Shown one piece after another: positions 36,540 through 46,094 of a stretch of DNA of 64,000 nt (positions are counted from its first letter, which is position 1; each line of letters begins with the position of its first letter). This DNA comes from Obrimoposthia wandeli (Eukaryota). Location: positions 1 to 64,000 of the forward strand of contig CDROCS010000564.1 in NCBI GenBank assembly GCA_977020255.1, read 5' to 3'. The translations under genes were made by a program, and so were the position numbers. The notes beneath the pieces were generated by a model. That model saw nothing but the letters and a program-made list of their open reading frames with translations. It was not told the DNA's origin and searched no databases.

Positions 36540-37960
36540 TGACAAGTGGTAGCGAGGAAAAACCAGCGAGAATTGGCATGCTCAGAATGAAGCACCAAGA
36601 GGAAAAAGAAGTAATTCGACACATCGCACCACAAGAGATATTGGAAGAAGACGAAGAGATCATAGTTGTTTTCGAAAGAACACAACCAACAGACGTGGCG
36701 AAAGAAGTCATTGTGAAAGATGCACTGATAAACGAATTTCTGTGCGAACTTAGAGTGTCATACTACGACGGAAATACACTAGTCGCAGAACTACATCAAA
36801 ACTCCAATGTGTTTACGACTGAGAAAGTGATAATCAAAATCACATTGACACCAAACATAGTTGCATGGCAGAACTATGACAGTACTGAAGCAGGACTAGC
36901 CAGTCAGGAAGAAAAAGAACTGGCCGGTGGTCATATACTTCATGGTACACCAAAAAGACTCAAACAAGAATACCACGATGTGATAATGGTATTACGTAAT
37001 TCACATGGAGAGTTCATTTAATTGACGCTGACACTGAAAAGATAATCTGTCAGATGGACACCAAATACTTTGACGGAAAGACAATTATATGTAGTATACC
37101 GGAATTCCACCAATTAAACACAGATCAAACGGAAGTATCTGTAAGGTTGAGCGTAATAGAAGGATTTCATTCGCCAACCCAACCGGAAGTAACAAACAAT
37201 AAAATCATTAAAGCAACGGCAGAGTTACGCATTGACAGCGGATACCGGAAGTGGGAAGCTAAAAATAAACCACAAAGAATCAATATGATCCGGGAACAAG
37301 TGACAACCTCAATCCAACCAAAATATCATGCTGAAATAGTATCATCCGCGCCAAGTGTGATTACATCGATAAACGACGAAATTATAATTTTACTAAAAAA
37401 TCGATGGCCGTCATCAACCGAGATACGAGTCAATTTAATTAATTATGCGAAAACACTGATATCTAAGCTGAATGTCACCTATTTCGATGGATTGTCCATC
37501 ATGGGTAAATTGGAAACAATTGTCATGTGCTATGGAGAGATACTTAAGGATAGTGTAATACCGTATCCAATTCACAGATACGCAGGACCAGTCTATCCAA
37601 TTATTCTAACCCCTTCATTAATTTCAGTTCAGACAGACATACCAGAATACCCTTCGAGCGAGTCTAGTCAAGACAGCGAACCTGAAAGTAGCGATCCAGA
37701 ATCAACAGAATCCGAAGATAACATAATAGAACGATTCGGAAGAACCATGGAGGTTGAATTCGCTAAAGAGAGTAGAAAAAGACGAAACATAGAATTTGTG
37801 AAACAAAATATACAAGAAAGACGAATTAAATCTGCAGAAGAGACCGAGTCGGACGAGGAACCAACAAAGAAACAGACATCAGAGACAAAGATGAATATCT
37901 CTCCAGCAAGGAAAGAAACTGGCGAAATTATCTATCATCGACGAACAAATAGAGAAGAGA
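36540..37960 (+). CDS. Unassigned post-integrase polyprotein region (two frameshifted ORFs), with a possible IPT/TIG-like segment at 36932-37165
   Basis: Long open frames with a -1 join near 37015. ILHGTP..VIMVLRN..IICSIPEF..VSVRLSVIEG resembles NFAT IPT LFVEIPEY..VKVNFYVING. Acidic stretch and a KRR motif follow. Confidence 0.45.
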
Positions 37961-38368
37961 TTAGAAAGACTAAAACTTGAAGAGTCAGAATTAATGCCAC
38001 CAATGAGTGAGATCATTCCAGGTAAGTTATACCTCGGAAATGTGGAAGATGCAACAGACGAAAAGAAACTGTTGGAACAAGGGATAACATACGTGATCAA
38101 CGTTACAATGAATCACAAATCACAATATCAGACGATCAGAGCTATGACATTAAGAGTAAAAAAGAGATTAGAAAGACTAAAATTTGAAGAGTCAGAATTA
38201 ATGCCACCAATGAGTGAGATCATTCCAGGTAAGTTATACCTCGGAAATGTGGAAGATGCAACAGACGAAAAGAAACTGTTGGAACAAGGGATAACATACG
38301 TGATCAACGTTACAATGAATCACAAATAACAATATCAGACGATCAGAGCTATGACATTAAGAGTAAAA
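37955..38368 (+). repeat. 207-bp in-frame tandem duplication of the phosphatase N-terminus
   Basis: ATGCCACC at 37994 and 38201; the second copy has TCA>TAA at 38327. Confidence 0.95.
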
Positions 38369-38625
38369 GACTCAATGGAAGCTAATCTTCTCGAATGGTT
38401 CGTAGAAACAAACGAGATACTTCACAGAGAACTCCAAAACCAAGGAAAAGTGTTGGTACATTGTCAGAAAGGAATCTCCCAATCAGCAACCCTAGTATTA
38501 GCGTATCTAATAAAGACTAGACGAATGCAGGTACTAGAAGCACTGAAATACCTACAGGAAAGAAGAAGTATTGCGAACCCAAACCTTAATTTTTTGGGGC
38601 AATTGTCAAATTACCAACTCCTGTT
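38210..38625 (+). CDS. Dual-specificity (MAP kinase-type) phosphatase domain, P-loop Arg replaced by Gln
   Basis: MSEIIPGKLYLGN..GITYVINVT..GKVLVHCQKGISQSATLVLAYL..AL..LQERRSIANPNLNFLGQL. The consensus is HCxxGxSRS; CAA at 38480. Confidence 0.92.
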
Positions 38626-38728
38626 GCAAGAACAGAGACGGATGGACGACATCCCTGAGGATCCAAAGGAAAAGAATTTCCTCCAAGCACTATCGTTGAC
38701 CGGTTTATTCTTAGCCGGAGTCGACAAA

Positions 38729-39147
38729 ATTACTCAGATAATGCCGAAAGTATTTTTATGTCATCCAGGAGATATAGATACCGCTGGATTAAAGTTCAAC
38801 AGTATCAACCGAGTAATTAACATTGTTGAAGTCGAAAATGAGATAATCAGTCTGTGTCAAAATACTGAAGATGACACAACTCGATACATACATGCTTCCA
38901 ATCGGGAGATAAACGATGCACAACAACACCTGATGAAGTTGACTCAAACCATCCAAGCCGAAGTTACAGAAGGAAACGGCGTTCTGATATATCAGAAAAA
39001 AGGTACAATGTTAGCTCCTACCATAGGTGTATCCTTGTTGGTAGAGTACCATGGTCATACACCAGAAGAAGCGATGGTTTATATCAAACAGAATAGACCA
39101 GATACGGAATTCAAACCGTTACTCGTTCGAGAAATAGAGAAATACTC
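38729..39147 (+). CDS. Second, catalytically dead DUSP-like domain
   Basis: ITQIMPKVFL..INRVINI..GNGVLIYQKKGTMLAPTIGVSLLVEYHG.TPEEAM.YIKQNRP keeps the DUSP layout but lacks HC...R. Confidence 0.65.
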
Positions 39148-39199
39148 CGAAAAGAGGAAGCAACAACGAGAAACAAATGAAGCTACAACAACAGAGCCC

Positions 39200-41881
39200 A
39201 GCTATCAATACCAAAGATTGCTAGCACTAGGCTTGTTAAGTTGTCTAATGCCTATAACGGGAGCACAAGAGATAGGCTCCAACCACGGAAATAGTTCATG
39301 GTTCAAAGAAATCAACAACTACATCATACAGTACAATACACCGGCACTGATGATGCTATTAGTGTTGATAGGACTAATTGATGTATGGTTTATCCGAAAA
39401 TGTATCCGATCTATGAGAACCGATAGTAAAATATTTCAGTTTGTGAAAATGAAGAGACCAAATGAACCAACGAACCAAGTACTTGTGTATCTAGACGAAA
39501 GGATTGAGGATAACATAGTGAATGAAGCGATATTTTATCCACAAAACAGATTACTGAATCAATTCCGAATGGACTACGAAGCTGACCGACAGCGCACACT
39601 TGACCGAATATCAGCAACGTTCGCCGGATGCAAGCGAAGAAGGCGAATTGTGAGGGAAATACAAAAAGATGCGGATACAAAAGGTCCGACGTATATATTC
39701 GACGGCGATGTCATCAAAACACGTGAGTATGGAAGTAAGAGAGTGATAATTGAAACGATGGAAGGACATAAAATATGCTTGTCCGCCAAAAATGGATTCG
39801 GAAAGTTGATGATACAAGGTAAACAGGTACAGTTGATTATCGGAAAAACTGGAATCAAAGAAATGTCAAAGCAACGACAGACAACCAAACGACCTAACCA
39901 GAAACAGATGTCTCTCAAACGAATGATAATCAAAATCCTTTGCAAAAGGACAATCAAGGCCCTGTGCACTGTTGCACAAGGATTGATCTACGGAGTAGTA
40001 ATTGGATTGGTACTACAAGCCATTCCAACCAGTAAAGCTGAATTGATGACGCTACCTGGATATAATTTACATTTGAGAAATCTAGACAACACCCTAGAAA
40101 TAATCAATACGTCTCAAAGTAAAGCCGTAATGGTCATGTGTGTGAAAGGATGTCCAGGACGAATGTGTATAGTCCCAGCGACCGAAATGAAAACACTTAA
40201 TGGACATTATGGAGTTAGTGTTGTCACATGTGAAGATTACACATTTGGACAAACTAAAATAGTACTTCTCAGTGACATGTCCAATCAAAGTGTACATAAA
40301 TTTAAAATATTAACCATCAAGAGTAAAGGGATACCAGCAATACGTTATGGTATTCTAGAATTGGTTAATCCAATACTGGCATTGATCATTGGATTTATAA
40401 TATTAATATTACTCATCTTGTTTTGTTGTACAAAGATAGAGTTGAGATCAAAAAAGAAACGTCATGATCTCGCAAGACAAGCAGGTCAAATGAATTTACA
40501 AAAATTCAACACAAGTATACCAAGACCAGCATTCCTAAATGAACCAGCACGAGAGTACCAGCCAACGATATATGAACATATCGAGGAAAGACCGTACTAT
40601 ATGAGTAACTTGAGTTATTCCAGAGAAGTTCCTGAGATTCGGAATCGGACGATCATCGGAATCATGCTGATCATGCAAATCACCACGACCGAGGCTGGTT
40701 ATGAGATCATGATCAGTAAATGGAGACAAGATACGATACGGGCGTTATCCATAAAAATACCTCTAATAAAAACAAATTACGTAATATACATTCACCTACA
40801 AACATCAGCAACCGAAAATGTCGATCAGAAATTGTATGTCATTCGCCAGATCAAAATAAAGATTGACCAACATAAACTTTATTACCGACTGATATTATTC
40901 TACCATGAAAAGGTATTATACCTACGAATAACAATATCAAAAATGAAACGGATTATTCAATTTATCCAAACAAAGTCATTAATATTACCTAACGACGAGC
41001 GCATCTGGAAAGTTGTCGACAGGATTATGATCACAGGTAGACGACGTAAAACCGTATGGAATTCCGTTAGATTATTCTTCAGATTGTTAGAAACTGACAA
41101 AGTAACAGTGTCGTGTCCCAATCCAGATAGTGGAATCAGATTCGAAATTCAAAACCAAATGTTAGTACCACATTTTGATACAGAACGTCTATGTAACCGA
41201 ATTCCCAGCAATGCTAGAGAGACCTCTACCAAAATCATGGTAATAACAGGTGAAATATTCTACATAACTCTAAGATACCAGACACGTCGATTTCGTGGAC
41301 TCGGTATAAGTATCAAACCAAGGAAAATCATTCCTGGAAAACCAATCATAGTCATAAAAAAGGAAAAGGTGAAAGGAAGTAAACGCCATTCCGAGAAGCC
41401 AAAAGTAATCATAACAAAGACAGAGGTGAAAGGAAAAGAGTTCGAGCCCAGAAATCAAAGCACAATTATTGAGAAGACAAGAGTGAAGGGAACGATTCCA
41501 CTAGATCCCAAATATCATCTCAAATCCCAAATAATAATACCTGTTAGACCAAAAACAAAATATCCAAATCTGCGAGTTATTAGAAAATCGGACATAATAC
41601 ATGGAAACCGATCAACACCAATGGAAACGTCATTCAAACCGACAAACAACAAAATGAAGTATGATTATCAATCATCAGACAGCGGAATAACAGCGGTCAA
41701 TGCTCTAATTGGAATGGCAGTAGTGTCAACAGCAGTGGTTCTATTGACAGTCGTGTGCGTGAAAGGCAGTCAAGTATGCCCAAGAATACGACGAAAATGC
41801 GAAGGACTGCGATGCTGTAACACACCCACAATGGAGGAAGTGGAATTGCGACCCTTACCTCCGCCTCCCATCAAGACATGA
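39200..41881 (+). CDS. C-terminal polyprotein region encoding several putative type-I membrane proteins separated by internal signal peptides
   Basis: Alternating signal-like segments (39215-39265 ending ITGA/Q, 39962-40039 ending SKA/E, 40646-40696 ending TEA/G) and TM segments (39341-39394, 40364-40426, 41684-41761). Ends RPLPPPPIKT*. Confidence 0.6.
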   Translation, partial: SYQYQRLLALGLLSCLMPITGAQEIGSNHGNSSWFKEINNYIIQYNTPALMMLLVLIGLIDVWFIRKCIRSMRTDSKIFQFVKMKRPNEPTNQVLVYLDERIEDNIVNEAIFYPQNRLLNQFRMDYEADRQRTLDRISATFAGCKRRRRIVREIQKDADTKGPTYIFDGDVIKTREYGSKRVIIETMEGHKICLSAKNGFGKLMIQGKQVQLIIGKTGIKEMSKQRQTTKRPNQKQMSLKRMIIKILCKRTIKALCTVAQGLIYGVVIGLVLQAIPTSKAELMTLPGYNLHLRNLDNTLEIINTSQSKAVMVMCVKGCPGRMCIVPATEMKTLNGHYGVSVVTCEDYTFGQTKIVLLSDMSNQSVHKFKILTIKSKGIPAIRYGILELVNPILALIIGFIILILLILFCCTKIELRSKKKRHDLARQAGQMNLQKFNTSIPRPAFLNEPAREYQPTIYEHIEERPYYMSNLSYSREVPEIRNRTIIGIMLIMQITTTEAGYEIMISKWRQDTIRALSIKIPLIKTNYVIYIHLQTSATENVDQKLYVIRQIKIKIDQHKLYYRLILFYHEKVLYLRITISKMKRIIQFIQTKSLILPNDERIWKVVDRIMITGRRRKTVWNSVRLFFRLLETDKVTVSCPNPDSGIRFEIQNQMLVPHFDTERLCNRIPSNARETSTKIMVITGEIFYITLRYQTRRFRGLGISIKPRKIIPGKPIIVIKKEKVKGSKRHSEKPKVIITKTEVKGKEFEPRNQSTIIEKTRVKGTIPLDPKYHLKSQIIIPVRPKTKYPNLRVIRKSDIIHGNRSTPMETSFKPTNNKMKYDYQSSDSGITAVNALIGMAVVSTAVVLLTVVCVKGSQVCPRIRRKCEGLRCCNTPTMEEVELRPLPPPPIKT

Positions 41882-42006
41882 TAAGTCAGAGGAGGTTGTA
41901 GATAAATTAGTGTGTAAAAATAGGTAGAAATATCTAGAAGCGATTGTACAAATAAGTAGAAATATGTAAAACTCATGTAGAAATTAATTGTCATAATGTA
42001 TTTAGA

Positions 42007-42306
42007 ATGTCCGAAGAATGCCCAATATGTTTGGAAGATTTAACCGAACGAAGAACAAGACCCGAAACCTGCAATCATTTACATCACGAGGAATGTTTAT
42101 CAAAATGGATCAGAACTTATGGAGAATTCGTACATCCAACATACCCTCGTTGCCCTGTATGCAGAAGACAATTCACAAAGTTCATCATAATAGAACCCAA
42201 CCAAGAGGATGTAGATGTACAAGTGGTATTCTGTTGGAAGAATTTGAGAGAATGTTGGTGTTACTACTGTCTGTCAGAACGACAAAATCCGACCACTTTT
42301 GTGTAA
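42007..42306 (+). CDS. Small RING-H2 protein 1 (putative E3 ligase) with C-terminal Cys cluster
   Basis: CPIC..CNHLHHEEC..W..CPVCR; C-terminal CWKNLRECWCYYCL. Confidence 0.88.
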   Translation: MSEECPICLEDLTERRTRPETCNHLHHEECLSKWIRTYGEFVHPTYPRCPVCRRQFTKFIIIEPNQEDVDVQVVFCWKNLRECWCYYCLSERQNPTTFV

Positions 42307-42366
42307 ACATCACACAACCACCAGTCTCCAATCGAGCCCAAATTCAACATCAACCCTCTCACAGTA

Positions 42367-42672
42367 ATGTCTGGAGAATGTTCAATCTGCTACGAGAACA
42401 TCGTGGACCTCTACACCAAACCCAACAACTGCGACCACCAGTTCCACGTCGAATGCCTCGAGACGTGGATCCCAATCGCCAACAACAACAATCCCCTCGA
42501 CTACTTAAACTGCCCGATGTGCAGAGCAACCTTCTCGGTGCACTATGTCTACAATCGGGACAGCCTCCAAGCAGTGGTACCCATTGTACACTGCTGAAAA
42601 AACATCTGCGACTGCTGGTGTTCGTTCTGCATGGAGGAGCGACGCACAGGCCAGCCCAATACCCAGCAGTAA
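42367..42672 (+). CDS. Small RING-H2 protein 2 (premature TGA at 42595; true end probably TAA 42670-42672)
   Basis: CSIC..CDHQFHVEC..W..CPMCR. Reading through the stop gives HC*KNICDCWCSFCMEERR, paralogous to RING1 FCWKNLRECWCYYCLSER, implying TGG>TGA. Confidence 0.88.
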
Positions 42673-43014
42673 TCGAAGGTAACTTTTGACTTAAAACGTG
42701 ACATCATGAACTACCCCTGTGTATCGCATACCGCGATAAATTAGTTACCATAATTGTAATCATAATTGTATAATCTTGTGAAATTGTAAAATGACCGTTA
42801 CCATTTTTATGTATGTTGTTTATTTGAAATTGTAATTATTAAGACTGAAACTCATAGAGACAATTTTTTTATACTTAGTATGAATGTGAAAAAACATGCC
42901 TAAAATCAAGCAGAATTCGGTAGGATTAAAAATAACATTAAAATTAAAATATTAATTTCGTAAATTAATATTAAACCCAATCGAACCCCAAATTAAAGAG
43001 TAATTATTGCGCAG

Positions 43015-43545
43015 ATGCTTTGTGCAATTTGCCTCGAGAAAATCTGGGCAGCGTCAGCATCCCCTGTCGGGTGCCGACACAAATTCCACGAGTCCTGCCT
43101 CTATTCGTGGGCCAAGGCTCGACCCCCCGGCCACATCACATGCCCGATGTGCCGGGCACCCTTTTGCAAGTGGACGCTCCAGTGCCGTGGACGATCCAAG
43201 GGCACCCGCTCACCCACCAGCTGCATTGGTGGCGAGCACTGTCAGTGCTCCATGTGCCTCGCGCGCCGTCGCAACACACAATTTGGCATCCGCGAGCGAT
43301 GGCGGTCTAGCTGCGATAACCGCTCGTGGCAACAGGCCAGACGCTTATGGATGGAGAACCATGAGCTGAACGGGCAGAACTTCGACCTATTTATCGAAAG
43401 CCCACACATGACCCTGAGCCAGTAGCTACTCCTATACAACGGGGACATTCCGTCCTTTCCAGACCTACCCCTGGAGCAGGTCACACTCTATCTGGACAAT
43501 CGAAACCAACAAACCGTGACAATAGACCTTACCATCAACAATTGA
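43015..43545 (+). CDS. RING-H2 protein 3 (probable premature TAG at 43423; frame stays open to TGA 43543-43545)
   Basis: CAIC..CRHKFHESC..W..CPMCR; CIGGEHCQCSMCLARR; the extension ends QTVTIDLTINN*. Confidence 0.82.
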
Positions 43546-43816
43546 CAAAACATAAACTCCATTCATCCGTTCCTGATCCTTTTCCTTTATCTGTAAAGCC
43601 ATTTTTGTGTATAATAAATTAGTGAATATTTGAGACTTTGTTCAAATTATTCGCTATTTTAACATCTAAAAAACCGAATTTTGTTAAACTTTAGGTATGT
43701 TGATGAGTACTGAATGCTTGAATTAGTAGGGATGAACTTAAAATCAGTAGCCCAGAGGCTAGTAAAGTAAAATCGTTACGTTCCGGGGACGTAACCTTTT
43801 TAGAACCCCCGAGATA

Positions 43817-46094
43817 TGTTAGGTTTAGGAATTGATAAAAATAAAATAATTAATCGAAATTATAGTGAAATAAGAATCCTTGAAAGCAAGGTTATAAATT
43901 AAATAAAATTGAATATTAGAATTAAATTATTAAAATTAAAAGGTAAATTGAATATTAAGGACCACGAAGGTCGTGTGTAGTGCGCTGTATGTATGGGAGG
44001 TTAAATTATTATTAAGGGCCCCAAAAAAACAAGAATCAATTAAGAAAAACGAAAATCTAATTAAGAAGATTATTGCAAAAAGTTTATTAAGAAAAATGAC
44101 GAATAAGAAAATCAAATTAGTCGTACATTAGAAACCCATTAGCAGTCTGGGATCTACGACAACAGAAACCCATTAGCAGTCTGGGAGCTACGACAACAGA
44201 AACCCATTAGCAGTGTCTGAGAGAGCACTTAACGGGATCGGGACCTCTGAACAGCAAGCAGCAAGTAGACTGCGGAATTGAGTCACGGAGGAACAAACAG
44301 GAAGTCCATTAGCGTCTGGACAGCGACTGTCTAGGAAACCGGAGGTAAAGTGGATTTGAGATTATCCATTATTTACTCTTGTAGAATCTCGGCAGCAAAC
44401 AAAAAGCTTTTATAAAAGCGTGGCAATACACTACGGGTATAAATAAGACCCGCGATAGGACCAGAGTTGTCAGTTCTAACGAAAAGTGCAGCCAGATAAT
44501 TCAGATTTTAACGAAAAGTGGAGCCAGATAATTCAGAGTTCTAACGAAAAGTGCAGCCAGATAATTCAGATTTTAACGAAAAGTGGAGCCAGATAATTCA
44601 GAGTTCTAACGAAAAGTGCAGCCAGATAATTCAGATTTCTAACGAAAAGTGCAGCCAGATAATTCAGATTTCACAACATTCGGAATCGAAAAACGCCGTA
44701 TTGACAAGTCAACCTACGGAAAACCGAGCAGCCCTCCGAACTGGAATCTGCCAACAACTGACATCCGAGGAAACATATCGAGGACGGATCAGCAGCACAC
44801 GAGGCCAGCATACGTACTATTGGTGAGAGTCAGAGGAAACTATTGGTAAAGTATTTTGAAAATATAAAAGTATTGATTGAAATAAAAGTCGTAAATATAT
44901 TTTGAAAGTGTAAAAGCACTGATACATTGTGAAATAAAGTCGTAAAGTATTTTTGAAAGTGTAAAAGCATTAATATATTGTGAAATAAAGTCGTAAAGTA
45001 TTTTTGAATGTGTAAAAGCATTGATATATTGTGAAATAAAAGTCGTAAAGTATTTTGAAGATATAAAAGTATTGATTGAAATAAAAGTCGTAAAGTATTT
45101 TGAAGATATAAAAGCATTGATACATTGTGAAATAAAGTCGTAAAGTATTTTTGAAAGTGTAAAAGCATTAATATATTGTGAAATAAAGTCGTAAAGTATT
45201 TTTGAATGTGTAAAAGCATTGATATATTGTGAAATAAAAGTCGTAAAGTATTTTGAAGATATAAAAGTATTGATTGAAATAAAAGTCGTAAAGTATTTTG
45301 AAAATATAAAAGCATTGATACATTGTGAAATAAAGTCGTAAAGTATTTTTGAAAGTGTAAAAGCATTGATATATTGTGAAATAAAAGTCGTAAAGTATTT
45401 TGAAAATATAAAAGTATTGATTGAAATAAAAGTCGTAAAGTATTTTGAAAATATAAAAGCATTGATACATTGTGAAATAAAGTCGTAAAGTATTTTTGAA
45501 AGTGTAAAAGCATTGATATATTGTGAAATAAAAGTCGTAAAGTATTTTGAAAATATAAAAGTATTGATACATTGTGAAATAAAATGAAATAAAATTGATA
45601 CATTTTTCATATATTGACTAAAGGACATTTGAAGTAAAGTATATAATTTTGAAATTTGAAATAAATTACGATTTGGGAGTTGAAATAAAATACAATTTAA
45701 CCTATCCATTTAACCGTGTCACATTAGAGTAAAGACTCTAAGAATCACCCAACCCTAACCTTAAAATCGATACGTGGTTCATCCCCACTTGTGTAGAGAC
45801 TTACAGAAGTCTTAGGAATTTTACTACAACTTTTTAGAAAATACGTACGTAAACGTATTGTTTTGTTTTAGTCTAGTGTGTTAACAATAAACGATTTCCT
45901 ACATTAGAAAGCATTGTTCTAGACCCTTCAGATTAAGAGACATTGAAAAACAAACACCTTCAGATAAGCATTGAGATAGGCAACTATAACATTAAGTAGG
46001 CCACAACCATCGTTAAGTCCTGCTTCTATAAGAACTCACGTTGGGGCCCTCCGCATTCAAGAGGATCTATAAGTTTCACATAGAAACCCCAACA
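43817..46094 (+). repeat. 3' LTR (2278 bp)
   Basis: Direct repeat of the 5' LTR, TGTTAGG...CCCCAACA, followed by TSD GTAT. Confidence 0.95.

Larger units (their letters stand above)
20712..46094 (+). mobile_element. Giant Ty3/Gypsy LTR retrotransposon (25.4 kb) with env-like gene and multiple cargo domains; structurally complete but coding-defective copy
   Basis: Paired LTRs with TGTT...AACA ends and TSD GTAT (20708-20711, 46095-46098). PR-RT-RH-IN order with a GPY/F integrase tail is diagnostic of Ty3/Gypsy. Multiple premature stops and frameshifts. Confidence 0.97.

Noticed and set aside
26701-41994. Numerous short antisense and alternative-frame ORFs overlapping the polyprotein (e.g. 26914, 28963, 31304, 32952, 39574)
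   Set aside because: Expected shadows of a long, strongly A-biased coding strand, with no motifs.
42018-43484. Alternative-frame ORFs over the RING genes (42018-42689, 43007-43369, 43020-43310, 43242-43484)
   Set aside because: GC-rich sequence has few stops; the RING frames carry the conserved zinc ligands and the others show nothing recognisable.
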